In this document: piece after piece, positions 63,228 through 64,000 of the stretch
How the letters are laid out: each line of letters begins with the position of its first letter
How positions within the stretch are numbered: the first letter of the stretch is position 1
Assembly: GCA_049971805.1 (NCBI GenBank)
Contig: JBMFKU010000005.1
Span: 13,882-77,881 of the forward strand
DNA length: 64,000 nt
Source of the DNA: Caldisphaera sp.
GTDB lineage: Archaea; Thermoproteota; Thermoprotei_A; Sulfolobales; Acidilobaceae
Direction of reading: 5' to 3'
Position numbers and translations under genes: made by a program
Notes under the pieces: model-generated
Seen by the model: the letters and a program-made list of their open reading frames with translations, nothing else
What the model was told of the DNA's origin: nothing
Databases searched by the model: none

Positions 63228-63444
63228 CTACATCAACCCCCTGGTCTATCATAAATACTGCAATATCATTTGGAGTTATCTCACTGTTATCCAGTATTGT
63301 CCTCCTCAGGTTTTCCCAAGATTTCTTTATTTTTATCCCATAATCTTCATATATCCATTCAACAGCTTCTTCAATATTTATTTTGCCTTTCATTTGATTT
63401 AATAGAGCATCCTTAACAGCTTTTTCATAAAGCTTTCCTTTCAA
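63151..63444 (-). CDS. Hypothetical protein
   Basis: 97-aa ORF with GGGAG RBS, overlaps the next gene. Confidence 0.6.
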   Translation of the reverse strand: MKGKLYEKAVKDALLNQMKGKINIEEAVEWIYEDYGIKIKKSWENLRRTILDNSEITPNDIAVFMIDQGVDVDEGAWNVLPATGLRGCRPNNKFNKT

Positions 63445-63561
63445 TTTTCTCCCTATTTAGATACGTTATTTAAGAAATATAAAGTATTTTGAAATATTAT
63501 TTAAGAAAAACAATATTATTTATAGGTTTTGGCTGAAACTTAAAACTCCTGGTGACTTTGG

Positions 63562-63924
63562 ATGGCCGAAGAAAATAGCGATGAAAAAGGAGTTATATCG
63601 GATAACCTATCAGTAATATATGAAGACGTTGATTTGGTTGTCTATACAGCACCAAATGAAGAGGAGTTAAAGGATATTTTATTGGATCTATTAAGAAAGA
63701 ATGGGAAGATGAGCATTAAGGATTTCCATAAGTATCTATCTGGGTTGGCAAGCGAAGATAAGATAAGGTATGCATTAAATGAGTTATTAAGGGATGAAAT
63801 AGTGATTATTGATCGTCAAGGCTACTTCTATTCGATGGAGCTCTTAAATAATGGGGAGTACTCACCAGATGAAGTAAAGGAGTTGGTAGAAGAGCAAAAT
63901 AATGGCGATGGTAAAGAGTTCTAA
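63562..63924 (+). CDS. Small ArsR-like winged-helix protein
   Basis: GGTGA RBS; MSIKDFHKYLSGLASEDKIRYAL..L helix-turn-helix pattern. Confidence 0.7.
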   Translation: MAEENSDEKGVISDNLSVIYEDVDLVVYTAPNEEELKDILLDLLRKNGKMSIKDFHKYLSGLASEDKIRYALNELLRDEIVIIDRQGYFYSMELLNNGEYSPDEVKELVEEQNNGDGKEF

Positions 63925-64000
63925 ACCTTTTATTCCAATATTAGCTGTTTATTCCTAAATTGTTTTTTGAGAAAGGTTTATTCCTTATTAATCTTACTTG

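Noticed and set aside
63929-63984. Three TTTATTCC copies as origin iterons near whiP
   Set aside because: Short, AT-rich, irregularly spaced, and probably within the 3' end of a minus-strand CDS ending at 63941

Overview
AT-rich (roughly 30% GC by eye) crenarchaeal chromosome segment, most consistent with a thermoacidophilic Acidilobales member such as Caldisphaera (inferred from gene content: WhiP, Rpo13, GDGT ring synthase, crenarchaeal A-ATPase layout, leaderless genes). It is mostly core genes: asnS, proS, cysS, pyrG, pyrH, dcd, fen1, cdc48, pan, topA, A-ATPase subunits, rpo4/6/13, rpl21e, rps17e, dph5/dph6 and class II RNR with an intein. It also carries tRNA-Val(TAC), tRNA-Glu(CTC), RNase P RNA and several C/D-box-like sRNAs. 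The intergenic regions hold at least six protein-free IS200/IS605/IS607-derived cassettes in three sequence families. Each pairs a TATA-like promoter with a TnpB-3'-end/omega-RNA-like segment, and there is one further unexplained K-turn multi-hairpin RNA. Other notable points: a Urm1/SAMP ubiquitin-like domain fused in frame through its GG to a purine phosphoribosyltransferase; a PP-loop-dead Ncs6 paralogue; 90 bp of exact DNA identity between the two AAA domains of cdc48; and an intein whose LAGLIDADG motifs lack both catalytic acidic residues and which carries a 65-bp internal duplication. All family assignments come from motif recognition by eye; no searches were run.
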